Shown in pieces: positions 54,772 to 64,000 of a DNA stretch of 64,000 nt. The notes under the pieces are model-generated. The model ran no database searches and was not told the origin of the DNA. It saw only the letters and a list, made by a program, of their open reading frames with translations. Where the stretch lies: positions 10,363 to 74,362 of the forward strand of contig JBGSQF010000012.1 in assembly GCA_041738235.1 (NCBI GenBank), written 5' to 3'. Position 1 is the first letter of the stretch, and every line of letters begins with the position of its first letter. The stretch comes from Minisyncoccia bacterium (GTDB taxonomy: Bacteria > Patescibacteriota > Minisyncoccia > Moranbacterales > GCA-2747515). Both the position numbers and the translations under genes were made by a program.

Positions 54772-55932
54772 ATGCACGTCGATCGTCCGAAGATCCCCTT
54801 ATGGATCATTCTTGTTGTCACTACTATTAGCCTCCTTTCTTCCTTCTTTCTCGTCAGCAAAACACTTCTTGCAAACGATTTTATCTCTTTTTCATCCTTT
54901 GTTCCCCAAATACAGAAAAGTGTCTCCGTTAAACCAATAGAGGCGATTGTCATACACTTTCCCAAGCCCGTTTTTGACAACACCTACCGCCAACGTATTC
55001 ATATCAACCCTTCTCTCCCCTTCTATGCCAAGTGGGAAGATAACCAAACTAAACTCCTCCTTACCCCACAAAGCAATTGGGATCCCGGAACACGCTACAC
55101 CGTAACTCTCCCAGAAGGATCTTCTTCCAACCCATTCTCTTCAATCCCTCAAACTGCCATCTTTGACTTTCAAACTGTTCCATATCCAACGGTCACCAGT
55201 GTCACACCGAAAGATGGCACAACGGATGTGGTTGTGGATATAGAAGACCCAGTTGTTGTGACGTTTGACACTCCCCTTGAGGATTTCTGGGTAGATTTTG
55301 TTTTCTCCCCAAATATCGACGTGACCTTCCAAAATAACCCAGAAAAAACGCGATTCGAAATACTCCCAAAGTCAGCATTCTCCCCAGGGACACTGTATAC
55401 ACTCACGATCCTATCGCGAGTAAAGGAAAGTGACTCTTCCACGCCGAAACAGATCTACCAAACAAAATTTACTACGCTCCCCCCAGCCCCAACAGAAATT
55501 TCACAAAATATTAACGAACGCCTTGCACAAGCAAAACGATTCACACCAGCTCAAATTACTCAGGGAAAATACATCGACATCAATATAGCATCACAGGTGA
55601 TGACCCTCTTTGAAAATGGTTCGGCGATCAACGCTTACCTCATTTCATCAGGAAAGCGAGGAATGGACACACCGAAAGGCAGTTTTCAGATACACAACAA
55701 AGCCCTTCGTCCGTGGTCAAAAGCACATTCTCTCTATATGCCCTATTGGATGGCCATTACTTCCGACGGAAAATACGGGATCCACGAACTTCCTGAATGG
55801 CCGGGAGGGTATAAAGAAGGTGCAAACCATCTCGGCATACCTGTTTCCCACGGCTGCGTCCGGTTAGGCATAGGGCCCGCCGAATATGTCTACAACTGGG
55901 CCGAGATCGGAACACCGGTAATTATTCACTAA
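54772..55932 (+). CDS. L,D-transpeptidase (YkuD family) with N-terminal TM and Ig-like domains
   Basis: C-terminal GIHELPEWPGGYKEGANHLGIPVSHGCVRL (catalytic His/Cys of the YkuD domain). Confidence 0.8.
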   Translation: MHVDRPKIPLWIILVVTTISLLSSFFLVSKTLLANDFISFSSFVPQIQKSVSVKPIEAIVIHFPKPVFDNTYRQRIHINPSLPFYAKWEDNQTKLLLTPQSNWDPGTRYTVTLPEGSSSNPFSSIPQTAIFDFQTVPYPTVTSVTPKDGTTDVVVDIEDPVVVTFDTPLEDFWVDFVFSPNIDVTFQNNPEKTRFEILPKSAFSPGTLYTLTILSRVKESDSSTPKQIYQTKFTTLPPAPTEISQNINERLAQAKRFTPAQITQGKYIDINIASQVMTLFENGSAINAYLISSGKRGMDTPKGSFQIHNKALRPWSKAHSLYMPYWMAITSDGKYGIHELPEWPGGYKEGANHLGIPVSHGCVRLGIGPAEYVYNWAEIGTPVIIH

Positions 55933-56194
55933 CACACAAAAATCAAAACATACAAACATTTAAGCAAGGTCCCTTAGATAACTACCTAAAACCTGGTATC
56001 AAGGTATAAATTTCCTAATTTCGAGCAGATATCTTTAAAATTGACTTCAATCTTTTCCGCCCTTTGAGCAAGATCTTAGATAAATAGTTATTTACTTCAA
56101 TATTCCCTGTTTCCATATCTATATATCCAGATATTCTCCTGTTTAAATATTCAAATACTTGCGTGTTTTGATGTTTATATGTTTAGATGCTCTC

Positions 56195-58294
56195 ATGACT
56201 TTCTCTTCCCCTCTCTCCAAAATTTCTTCCATAAAATCCTTCCACCTCACCCGACTGAGAAAGCTTGGGATAATCACCGTGATTGATCTCCTAAGACATT
56301 TCCCAGCGCGATACGATGACTTCTCTCTACACATTCCCATCGGCGAGATCGCACCCAATACACGTTGCACCATAGAGGGCACCGTTAAAAACTTTACCTC
56401 AAAACAATCTTGGAGAAAGAAGTTGCTGATATCCGAAGCAGTTATCGAAGATGAAACAGGGGCAGTTCGGGCGATCTGGTTTGGACGGAAGTTCCTCGAT
56501 AAAACACTCTCCCCCGGAAAACACGTTCGTATCAGCGGAAAAGCCTCTCTCAAAGACAACGAGGTATTCTTCCAGTCACCGGAGTGTGAAAGTGCCCATC
56601 GCGACGCCACCCATACTGGAGGCCTTGTAGGGGTATATCCCGAAACAGAAGGCCTTACTTCTAAGTGGCTTCGATGGCAGATACAAACAATACTTTCTCG
56701 AGTACAGTTCCCCAATGATCCGATCCCCAATGATATCCGAACGCGTCTTCATCTTCCCACACAAGAAAAGGCATTTCGATTCATTCACACACCTGCCTCA
56801 CAGGAGCATGCTCTTCTCGCTCAAAAATATTTCGCTTTTGAAGAGATGTTCCTTTTGCAACTTTTTTCTATCCAACAAAAATACATTCGAGCAAAAGAGT
56901 CTTCGGTGGTATTCTCCCAAGGTGATACATCTTTGCCATCCTTCATTTCTTCACTCCCCTTTACACTTACCGACGATCAACAAAAAGCTATCTCCCATAT
57001 CACTCAAGATCTTTCTCAACCGCATCCAATGAACCGCCTCCTTAACGGGGATGTGGGATCTGGAAAAACGGTCGTTGCCGCAATTGCCGCCCGACACGTT
57101 GCTCAGCACAAACATCAAACGACACTTCTTGCCCCAACAGAAGTTTTAGCCCTTCAACATTTCCATTCTTTTTGTTCACTTCTCAAAAAAGAAAATATTT
57201 CGATCGGACTTTTGACACATGCCTATCAATACATCATGTATCCGGGAAGGAGTGAGTTTGAATCCATTCGCCGCCCACAATTCATCAACGCCCTTAAGGC
57301 TGGTCTTATAGATATCGTCATAGGCACACACGCACTTATTCAAAAGGACGTGGCATTCAAAGATCTTGCCCTTGTGATCATCGATGAACAGCATCGATTT
57401 GGGGTGGCCCAACGGGCTCACCTACAAACACTCTCCAAAACACTCGAGGATGGCCTTGAACGATCAGTACCTCATCTTCTTAGTATGACCGCTACCCCCA
57501 TTCCCCGTACATTGTCACTCGCGTTCTTTGGAAACCTCGACGTATCGCTCCTCGAGATAATGCCCAAAGATCGTCTTCCTATCATCACTAAGATCATCAC
57601 CCCGGAAAAACGAAACGGGGTCTACGACTTCATTAAAACCCATGTCAGCAAGAAAAGACAAGGGTACATCATCCTTCCTTTTGTTGAGGAATCGGACGCG
57701 ATCCTCAATGTAAAAGCGGCCATTACCGAGCATGCTCAACTCCAAAAGAACATTTTTCCCGACCTCAAACTTGGACTTTTACATGGTCGAATGAAGTCGA
57801 GCGAAAAAGAAGAAGTGATGCGCGACTTTAAAGAAGGACGTACTGATCTTCTTGTTTCTACCTCAGTAGTAGAAGTAGGTGTAGACGTACCCAATGCCAC
57901 TCTCATGATCATCGAAAACGCTGATCGATTTGGACTCTCCCAACTTCATCAATTTCGTGGACGTATCGGACGCGGGTCCCATCAATCCTATTGTTTCCTT
58001 TTTGCCAGTGACGATGCCGAAGCGCCAAGCAAGCGAATGCGAATTCTCGAGAAAACACTCAACGGTTTCTTGATAGCCGAAGAAGATATGAAGCTACGTG
58101 GTCCCGGACAATTTCTCGGAACACGACAGTCAGGGCTTCCCGATATTACTATGGAAAGCATGGGCAATATGAAACTCATCGCACTCGCACAAAAAGAAGC
58201 GGAGGATCTTCTCACCCGTGACCCTGAATTAGTTCACTCCCCTGACCTCAAAAAAACCCTCAGTACATTTGATGAGGGTATACATCTCGAATAA
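56195..58294 (+). CDS. recG: ATP-dependent DNA helicase RecG
   Basis: Wedge-domain region LRKLGIITVIDLLRHFPARYDD. Helicase motifs GDVGSGKTVVA and DEQHRFGV, plus the C-terminal TRG motif region. Start taken at ATG 56195; the track's TTG at 56159 is an alternative. Confidence 0.85.
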   Translation: MTFSSPLSKISSIKSFHLTRLRKLGIITVIDLLRHFPARYDDFSLHIPIGEIAPNTRCTIEGTVKNFTSKQSWRKKLLISEAVIEDETGAVRAIWFGRKFLDKTLSPGKHVRISGKASLKDNEVFFQSPECESAHRDATHTGGLVGVYPETEGLTSKWLRWQIQTILSRVQFPNDPIPNDIRTRLHLPTQEKAFRFIHTPASQEHALLAQKYFAFEEMFLLQLFSIQQKYIRAKESSVVFSQGDTSLPSFISSLPFTLTDDQQKAISHITQDLSQPHPMNRLLNGDVGSGKTVVAAIAARHVAQHKHQTTLLAPTEVLALQHFHSFCSLLKKENISIGLLTHAYQYIMYPGRSEFESIRRPQFINALKAGLIDIVIGTHALIQKDVAFKDLALVIIDEQHRFGVAQRAHLQTLSKTLEDGLERSVPHLLSMTATPIPRTLSLAFFGNLDVSLLEIMPKDRLPIITKIITPEKRNGVYDFIKTHVSKKRQGYIILPFVEESDAILNVKAAITEHAQLQKNIFPDLKLGLLHGRMKSSEKEEVMRDFKEGRTDLLVSTSVVEVGVDVPNATLMIIENADRFGLSQLHQFRGRIGRGSHQSYCFLFASDDAEAPSKRMRILEKTLNGFLIAEEDMKLRGPGQFLGTRQSGLPDITMESMGNMKLIALAQKEAEDLLTRDPELVHSPDLKKTLSTFDEGIHLE

Positions 58295-58296
58295 TA

Positions 58297-58336
58297 AAAG
58301 ACCTGACAGTCGACCGTCAGGTCTTTTGGTTTTTGC
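58297..58336. terminator. bidirectional rho-independent terminator between recG and the DUF805 gene
   Basis: AAAAGACCTGACAGTCGACCGTCAGGTCTTTTGGTTTTTG: a 10-bp perfect stem flanked by an A-run and a T-run. Confidence 0.65.
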
Positions 58337-58339
58337 TAT

Positions 58340-58714
58340 TTACGCCACAGGGGCAACCGGTGGAACCGGCGCTCCTGGAGTGTTCATTCCTTTTGGATTT
58401 AGTCCGTACTCATTGTCACCTGGTTGACTATCCATAGCTGCGAAGATAATAAGCACTATCGCTCCCACAAGAGGAATTGGGCCAATAAGCAACCACCATC
58501 CACTCTTTCCAATATCATGCAACCGACGAGCCCCTACCGCCAAACCAGGGATCAAAACTCCAAGAGCATAGACAAACCCCAATATAGGAATATGTAAGAA
58601 ACTTATGATAGTAGAGATGATCAAGTTAAAGAGAAAAAAATACCAAAACTCCGACCGTGTCGCTCGCCCCTCAAATACTGCATACTTCTTCAAAACTCCT
58701 ATGTAGTACTCCAT
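58340..58714 (-). CDS. DUF805 family inner-membrane protein
   Basis: GRATRSEFWYFFLFNLIISTI and the following TM helices match DUF805 (YhaH-like). Confidence 0.6.
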   Translation of the reverse strand: MEYYIGVLKKYAVFEGRATRSEFWYFFLFNLIISTIISFLHIPILGFVYALGVLIPGLAVGARRLHDIGKSGWWLLIGPIPLVGAIVLIIFAAMDSQPGDNEYGLNPKGMNTPGAPVPPVAPVA

Positions 58715-58865
58715 ATAAATGCATTTAATAAATTATACTGTTGAGAGACCAGGTCAAGCCATCTCACTGAAAAAATACAAGATAGTCCCCTTTTTATTTC
58801 GACATAAACCAAAACATCGAACATATTTACTTTTTTCTATCCTGTGTTATTATATCATTGTTTTG

Positions 58866-58890
58866 AAAAGCACGCACGGTGCTTTTTTTA
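58866..58890 (+). terminator. putative rho-independent terminator (AGCAC-GCACG-GTGCT + T7)
   Basis: Stem-loop followed by TTTTTTT in a non-coding stretch upstream of tRNA-Glu. It may end a short plus-strand transcript. Confidence 0.4.
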
Positions 58891-58898
58891 AAACGATT

Positions 58899-58983
58899 TA
58901 GCCCATTCGTCTATCGATTAGGATCCCGATACCAAACCCATAAGGTTGGCACGGGACAAGCGTCAGGTTTTCCTCATTTCATT
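58899..58983 (+). repeat. degenerate partial copy of the tRNA-Glu 5' half (D-arm and anticodon-arm segments) interrupted by ~34 nt
   Basis: GCCCATTCGTCTATCGATTAGGAT ... AGCGTCAGGTTTTCCTCATTTCATT versus tRNA GGCCCGTTCGTCTATCGGTTAGGAC-GCCAGGTTTTCATCCTGG. Confidence 0.55.
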
Positions 58984-59055
58984 GGCCCGTTCGTCTATCG
59001 GTTAGGACGCCAGGTTTTCATCCTGGTAAGAGGGGTTCGACTCCCCTACGGGCTA
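58984..59055 (+). tRNA. tRNA-Glu (anticodon UUC)
   Basis: GGCCCGT-TC-GTCT-ATCGGTTA-GGAC-G-CCAGG-TTTTCAT-CCTGG-TAAG-AGGGG-TTCGACT-CCCCT-ACGGGCT-A. All four stems pair; anticodon loop reads UUUUCAU. Confidence 0.75.
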
Positions 59056-59230
59056 CGGATATACTAAAAAATACCTCGAGCACATCAAGGTATTTTTTAG
59101 TATACTGTAATTGATAAAGGGGGAGTCGAAGGGTATTTCAAAAACGTAAACTGCTTTACGTTTTTGAAAACCCGGGCTTTGGAGGAGGAATGAACCTGTG
59201 TCGCAGACACGTGTGAATGACAGAGAAAAA

Positions 59231-59249
59231 GGACTCCCCTACGGGCTAC
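59231..59249 (+). repeat. direct repeat of the tRNA-Glu 3' end (T-loop half to discriminator)
   Basis: GGACTCCCCTACGGGCTAC versus tRNA 3' end CGACTCCCCTACGGGCTAC (18/19 identical), ~175 bp downstream of the intact tRNA. Confidence 0.6.
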
Positions 59250-59307
59250 AAGCATAAAAGTATCCTGATCACCTCAGGATACTTTGTGTATAAAGACTCT
59301 CCATCCC

Positions 59308-59895
59308 CTACTCATCCACTTCACTCAAAACTTTCACCAACCTCTTCTTGGCCCGACTAATGAGTGTGCCGACGGTGTTTCGCGGTTTGTTGATAATATC
59401 AGCGATCTCATCATATGACCTTTCGAAATAGTACCGAAGAAGCAATACCTCTCTATACTTTGGCGGGAGCTTTTTGATCGCACGACGCACCTCAGACCGA
59501 CGCTCTCCCCGGATCCATCGTTCTTGTGGGGAATCTTGCCGATCCGATGTACTTAAACGATCTTTTACATTCACAATATCCTCCCATGATATCGACCGAA
59601 ATCGATTTCGACGTTTGAGATGATTTATCGCCTCATTGTGAGCAATGCGATATATCCAGGAAGAAAAACGTTTACGATTATCAAAACTACTCATTGACTT
59701 GTAGATCTTCATGAGCACATCTTGCAAAATATCTTCTGCTTCTTCCTTGGATCCCACAAGATGCCAAAGATAAAAGAGTATCTTGTCATGATACCGCTCC
59801 TCTATCTCGTGAAACCGTTCCGTATCACCACCCTTTACCGCAGTGAGAATAGACTGTTCTTCTTTGGCATTCTTTCTGGTACTTGATCTTTTCAT
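59308..59895 (-). CDS. ECF-type RNA polymerase sigma-70 family factor
   Basis: Region 2 DILQDVLMKIYKSMSSFDNRKRFSSWIYRIAHNEAIN. Region 4 SYDEIADIINKPRNTVGTLISRAKKRL. Confidence 0.85.
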   Translation of the reverse strand: MKRSSTRKNAKEEQSILTAVKGGDTERFHEIEERYHDKILFYLWHLVGSKEEAEDILQDVLMKIYKSMSSFDNRKRFSSWIYRIAHNEAINHLKRRNRFRSISWEDIVNVKDRLSTSDRQDSPQERWIRGERRSEVRRAIKKLPPKYREVLLLRYYFERSYDEIADIINKPRNTVGTLISRAKKRLVKVLSEVDE

Positions 59896-59985
59896 AAGTG
59901 GACAGGTTTTGCCTTACGGGTTAGAGTACGTATCAGAGATCACTCGCGAACTCTACCCCATACTTATATATCAATCCTACCCCCT

Positions 59986-61233
59986 ATGCCCCAAAAAAGC
60001 CAGTCCGTAACCATTCTCGGCATTGAAACATCCTGTGACGAAACGGCTATCTCTATCGTTCGGTACGAGCAAGATGCGGTTGAGGTTCTTGCCAGCGTTG
60101 TCTCTTCACAGATCAAACTTCATGCCCAATATGGAGGTGTTGTCCCCAACCTAGCGGCACGAGAGCATACTAAAAACATTCTCCCCGTTCTCAAAAAATC
60201 ATTGGAACAGTCACACATCTCTATAGATGACATAGACGCCCTTGCTGTTACCCAAGGTCCGGGACTTATTCCGGCACTTCTCGTGGGAACCACCGTTGCT
60301 CGAACACTTTCTTGGCTTTGGCAAAAACCCTTACTGGGTATTCACCATATTGAGGGACATATATATGCAAATTTTATACATAACAAGGAACAAGTGGCCA
60401 ATGACAAGCCAAGCGAAGATTCAAAACCTTCTCATTTTTTGCCTGTTACCAGTTGCCTATCACCCAAATTTCCTATTCTTGCACTTGTTGTCTCCGGCGG
60501 ACATACACAACTCATACTTATGCAAAAACACTTTGATTATGAGATCGTTGGGGAAACGCAAGACGATGCCGTAGGTGAAGCATTCGATAAAGTCGCGCGC
60601 ATTTTAGGTCTCGGTTATCCCGGCGGACCCGCGGTAGCGCAACGTGCAGCACAAACAGTAAAAAAGAAGGAACAACACGCAACCAAAAAACAGGATTTAG
60701 ATTCTCCAAAGACCTCACCTATCATTCATCAATTTTCACCCGTAACGCTCCCCCGGCCCATGCTCAATTCTCAGGACCTAAACTTCTCTTTCTCTGGACT
60801 CAAGACCGCTGTACTCTACGCTGTGCAAAAATTCAGAAAAGAAAAATTGCTTACTGAAAACACCGACCTGCCCGATGAGTTCATAAATACCCTCTGTGCA
60901 GAATTTCAACAGGCAGCGATCGATGTTTTGATCAAAAAAACCCTTAGGGCAGCTAAGCAATATAAAGCAGGAACGGTCATCCTGGCTGGTGGCGTTAGCG
61001 CCAATACTGAACTACGCAGACAATTAGGAGAATCCCTCGCATCATCTCTTTCCCATATTGAGTACAAAATACCAGAAATAAAATACTCCGTGGACAACGC
61101 CGCGATGATCGCTGCCGCAGCATCATTTCGCTGGATATACATGTCCAAGGAAGAAAGAAAAGCCTCACAAAAACACTGGGAAAAACTTAAAACCCAAGCA
61201 AACCTTTCTCTTGAGTCACACAAAATATTTTAA
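59986..61233 (+). CDS. tsaD: tRNA N6-adenosine threonylcarbamoyltransferase TsaD
   Basis: ILGIETSCDETAISIV, GIHHIEGHIYA (metal-binding HxxH) and GGVSAN motifs of the Kae1/TsaD family. An inserted low-complexity loop lies around aa 130-160. Confidence 0.9.
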   Translation: MPQKSQSVTILGIETSCDETAISIVRYEQDAVEVLASVVSSQIKLHAQYGGVVPNLAAREHTKNILPVLKKSLEQSHISIDDIDALAVTQGPGLIPALLVGTTVARTLSWLWQKPLLGIHHIEGHIYANFIHNKEQVANDKPSEDSKPSHFLPVTSCLSPKFPILALVVSGGHTQLILMQKHFDYEIVGETQDDAVGEAFDKVARILGLGYPGGPAVAQRAAQTVKKKEQHATKKQDLDSPKTSPIIHQFSPVTLPRPMLNSQDLNFSFSGLKTAVLYAVQKFRKEKLLTENTDLPDEFINTLCAEFQQAAIDVLIKKTLRAAKQYKAGTVILAGGVSANTELRRQLGESLASSLSHIEYKIPEIKYSVDNAAMIAAAASFRWIYMSKEERKASQKHWEKLKTQANLSLESHKIF

Positions 61234-61296
61234 TCTCGTTATTTTCGTTGAAAAAAGCACTTTGTGTGATATACTTTCTTTATTAAAATAGACCGT

Positions 61297-63999
61297 ATGA
61301 AGGAACTCCCCAAAACATACTCTCCTGAAGAACACGAGGATCTCATTTATCAAATGTGGGAAGAAAGTGGTTTTTTCAATCCCGATGTTTGTGTAGAAAA
61401 AGGAGTAACTGAGGAGGATGCTCAACCATTTTCGATCACGCTTCCCCCACCCAATGCCACGGGAACACTTCACATTGGACATTCTGTTATGCTGGCTGTT
61501 GAGGACCTTCTGATTCGATATCACCGTATGCGTGGAGAAAGAACACTTTGGCTTCCCGGAACCGACCACGCAGCCCTTGCCACACAGGAAAAGGTCGAAC
61601 GAATCCTCTGGGACACCGAACAAAAGACTCGACATGATCTCGGACGAGAATCCTTTCTAAAACGCGTAGATGAATTTGTCGATGAAAGTCGCAATACGAT
61701 GCGTCGTCAAATGAGAAAAATGGGATCCTCCCTTGATTGGTCACGTGAGGCTTTCACACTTGATGCTGACAGGAACCTTGCTGTACGCACCGCTTTTAAA
61801 AAGATGTTTGATGAAGGAATTATCTATCGAGGAGACCGGATCGTGAACTGGGACCCCAAAATGCAAACCACTGTTTCTGATGACGAGATAGAATGGAAAG
61901 AGGAAACAGTTCCTTTTTATTATTTTCAGTACGGACCATTCGTCATAGGAACTTCACGACCTGAAACAAAATTTGGTGATAAATACGTCGTAGTCCATCC
62001 CGATGATGAACGCTATGCAAAATACCACGATGGCCAAAAATTCGAAGCAGAGTGGATCAACGGAACAATAACAGCGATACTTATCAAAGATCCGATCATT
62101 GATATGAGCTTTGGATCGGGCGCGATGACCATTACTCCCTGGCATGATCCGACCGACTTTGATATTGCCGAGAGACATCACCTTGATAAGGAACAGATCA
62201 TCGATTACGACGGTCACCTTCTCAACATCGCCGGGTCCGCCTTCAAAGGCCTGACGATCCTCGAAGCTCGAAGAAAGATCGTTGAAAAACTGCGAGAAAA
62301 AGGACTTCTCGTAAAGACCGAGGATAATTATATACACAACGTCGCCATCAACAGTCGAGGAGGTGGAACAATAGAACCCCAGATCAAACGTCAGTGGTTT
62401 ATTAACGTAAACAAAGAGTTTGATCGAGACGGAACCCAAACCTCTCTAAAAAAGCTCATGCAAGAGGCAGTTCGAGAAAAAGGCATCGAATTCGTTCCAA
62501 AACGATTTGAAAAGACCTACTTTCATTGGATCGACAATCTCCGTGATTGGTGTATCTCCCGACAGATATGGTACGGTCACCAAATACCGGTATATTATTG
62601 TCAAAATAGCAAACAACAAACAACAGGTGACACTCCATGCCAAAAGCCGATCGTTTCGATCGAGGGGCTTCATAAATGTCCTCACTGCGGAGGAAAAATA
62701 GAACAAGACCCTGACACACTTGATACCTGGTTCTCTGCGGGACTCTGGACCTTCTCCACCCTTGGATGGCCAGATCAAACAATAAACCTCAAAACATTCC
62801 ATCCAACTTCTGTTATGGAAACCGGATATGACATTCTATTCTTTTGGGTCGCTCGAATGATCCTTATGAGTACCTATCTGCTCGATGAGGTCCCATTTAA
62901 AACAGTTTACCTTCACGGACTTGTACGCGATGAGCAAGGTCGAAAGATGAGCAAGTCTCTGGGCAATGTCTTGGATCCACTCGACATTATCCCAAAGTAT
63001 GGCACCGACGCTATTCGACTATCTCTTCTTATTGGATCAACACCTGGAAATGATGTTCGGCTTGGCGAAGAGAAGATCGCTAGCTACCGAAACTTTACCA
63101 ATAAGCTTTGGAATATTGCACGATTCGCTCTTCAAAACAAGTCCCAAATAACAAACGACACTTTTCAGATAACAAGTGACTCTGGACGATGGATCCTCTC
63201 ACAAATGGCACTTCTTATCGACGAAGTGACACATGATCTGGATAAATACCAATTTTCACAAGCCGGAGAAAAACTGCGAGACTTTACCTGGAATACATTT
63301 GCCGACTGGTACCTGGAAATTTCAAAGTTTGAAGAAAATAAGAAAGAAACGAATAACATCCTCATGTTTGTTTTGGAGGACCTTCTCAAACTTTGGCATC
63401 CTTTCATGCCCTTTGTAACAGAAACGATATGGCAAGAAATCACAAACTCCACGGAAAAAACCCCAAGAATGCTTATGATAGAAAAATGGCCAGCACTAAA
63501 AAAATATCAAGATGTTCTCTCTGCCAGCGACAAAGATACAGCTGATTTTTCTACCATTCTTCAAATAGTTCAGGCGATCAGAAATCTCCGTTCCGCAAAT
63601 CGTATTGAGCCCAAGAACAAACTCCCCGCTATCCTCACGATCTCTAAGGAGTCGAAAAGCCTGTTAGGATCATTAGAAAAGAACAAACATCTTATTCTTA
63701 AACTTCGTACCAACCTTTCTGAACTTGAAATCCAGACTACCGAAAAAATCCCTGAGAACTGTCTTTCTCAAGCTGTTACCGCCAACATCTCTGTTTTTAT
63801 TCCCCGCGGTAGCACCATAGACATAGAGCAAGAGCATGAACGACTTGTCAAAGAAGAAACGAATATCAAAAAACTCATACAAAGCACAACAGATCTCCTG
63901 TCAAACCCAGGGTACCGAAATAACGCTCCCGCGCACATTGTACAAAAAACAGAGAAACTCCTCATCGGCTATCAAAAGAAACTTACGGAGGTCCAAAAA
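61297..63999 (+). CDS. valS: valine--tRNA ligase (3' end beyond window)
   Basis: HIGH-type motif PPPNATGTLHIGH, KMSKS motif KMSKSLGNVLDP (~62950), and class I editing-domain features. The ORF runs in frame to the window end without a stop. Confidence 0.9.
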   Translation, partial: MKELPKTYSPEEHEDLIYQMWEESGFFNPDVCVEKGVTEEDAQPFSITLPPPNATGTLHIGHSVMLAVEDLLIRYHRMRGERTLWLPGTDHAALATQEKVERILWDTEQKTRHDLGRESFLKRVDEFVDESRNTMRRQMRKMGSSLDWSREAFTLDADRNLAVRTAFKKMFDEGIIYRGDRIVNWDPKMQTTVSDDEIEWKEETVPFYYFQYGPFVIGTSRPETKFGDKYVVVHPDDERYAKYHDGQKFEAEWINGTITAILIKDPIIDMSFGSGAMTITPWHDPTDFDIAERHHLDKEQIIDYDGHLLNIAGSAFKGLTILEARRKIVEKLREKGLLVKTEDNYIHNVAINSRGGGTIEPQIKRQWFINVNKEFDRDGTQTSLKKLMQEAVREKGIEFVPKRFEKTYFHWIDNLRDWCISRQIWYGHQIPVYYCQNSKQQTTGDTPCQKPIVSIEGLHKCPHCGGKIEQDPDTLDTWFSAGLWTFSTLGWPDQTINLKTFHPTSVMETGYDILFFWVARMILMSTYLLDEVPFKTVYLHGLVRDEQGRKMSKSLGNVLDPLDIIPKYGTDAIRLSLLIGSTPGNDVRLGEEKIASYRNFTNKLWNIARFALQNKSQITNDTFQITSDSGRWILSQMALLIDEVTHDLDKYQFSQAGEKLRDFTWNTFADWYLEISKFEENKKETNNILMFVLEDLLKLWHPFMPFVTETIWQEITNSTEKTPRMLMIEKWPALKKYQDVLSASDKDTADFSTILQIVQAIRNLRSANRIEPKNKLPAILTISKESKSLLGSLEKNKHLILKLRTNLSELEIQTTEKIPENCLSQAVTANISVFIPRGSTIDIEQEHERLVKEETNIKKLIQSTTDLLSNPGYRNNAPAHIVQKTEKLLIGYQKKLTEVQK

Positions 64000-64000
64000 C

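Noticed and set aside
58719-58901. 60-aa ORF 58719..58901 (+)
   Set aside because: Low-complexity translation with no RBS. It overlaps a terminator hairpin and the partial tRNA copy, so it is more likely non-coding.

Overview
This 64 kb window looks like a low-GC bacterial chromosome segment with the small-genome, glycan-rich, episymbiont-like gene content typical of Patescibacteria/CPR. That taxonomic guess is inference from gene content only. Nearly all of the window is coding.

Gene content by region:
- 1-7.4 kb: GT4 glycosyltransferase, MscL, TspO, DUF2177, a frameshifted DUF1295 gene, a Cys-rich Hint-domain protein, NUDIX hydrolase.
- 7.4-20.5 kb: an accessory region, all on the minus strand. 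It holds two M23 peptidases and a SipW-type signal peptidase with two TasA/camelysin-like substrates. It also holds secreted proteins with Asp/His-rich tails and several large membrane proteins. A family of phased GACTTT repeats is scattered through it.
- 20.5-43.8 kb: a very AT-rich glycosylation island. It contains GT-C-like membrane proteins, GT1/GT2 enzymes, a Wzx-like flippase, an LmbE deacetylase, an epimerase, a kinase-GrpB fusion, and a 1621-aa GT2-GT2-transporter-GT4 fusion protein.
- 43.8-64 kb: a housekeeping block. tRNA-Gln, ftsEX, prfB with its programmed +1 frameshift, mltG, pcm, yjbQ, trxA, a membrane-anchored ClpB-like ATPase, an L,D-transpeptidase, recG, tRNA-Glu, an ECF sigma factor, tsaD and the 5' part of valS.

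Other notable structure:
- Partial tRNA duplications flank tRNA-Glu.
- A strong-RBS mini-ORF followed by a GC-rich tRNA-like RNA element sits near tRNA-Gln.
- A gene-fragment duplication of the membrane hydrolase gene lies at 14.7 kb.
- Zinc ribbons are inserted in MscL and in the epimerase.

All functional calls rest on motifs I could read in the translations; no database search was possible.
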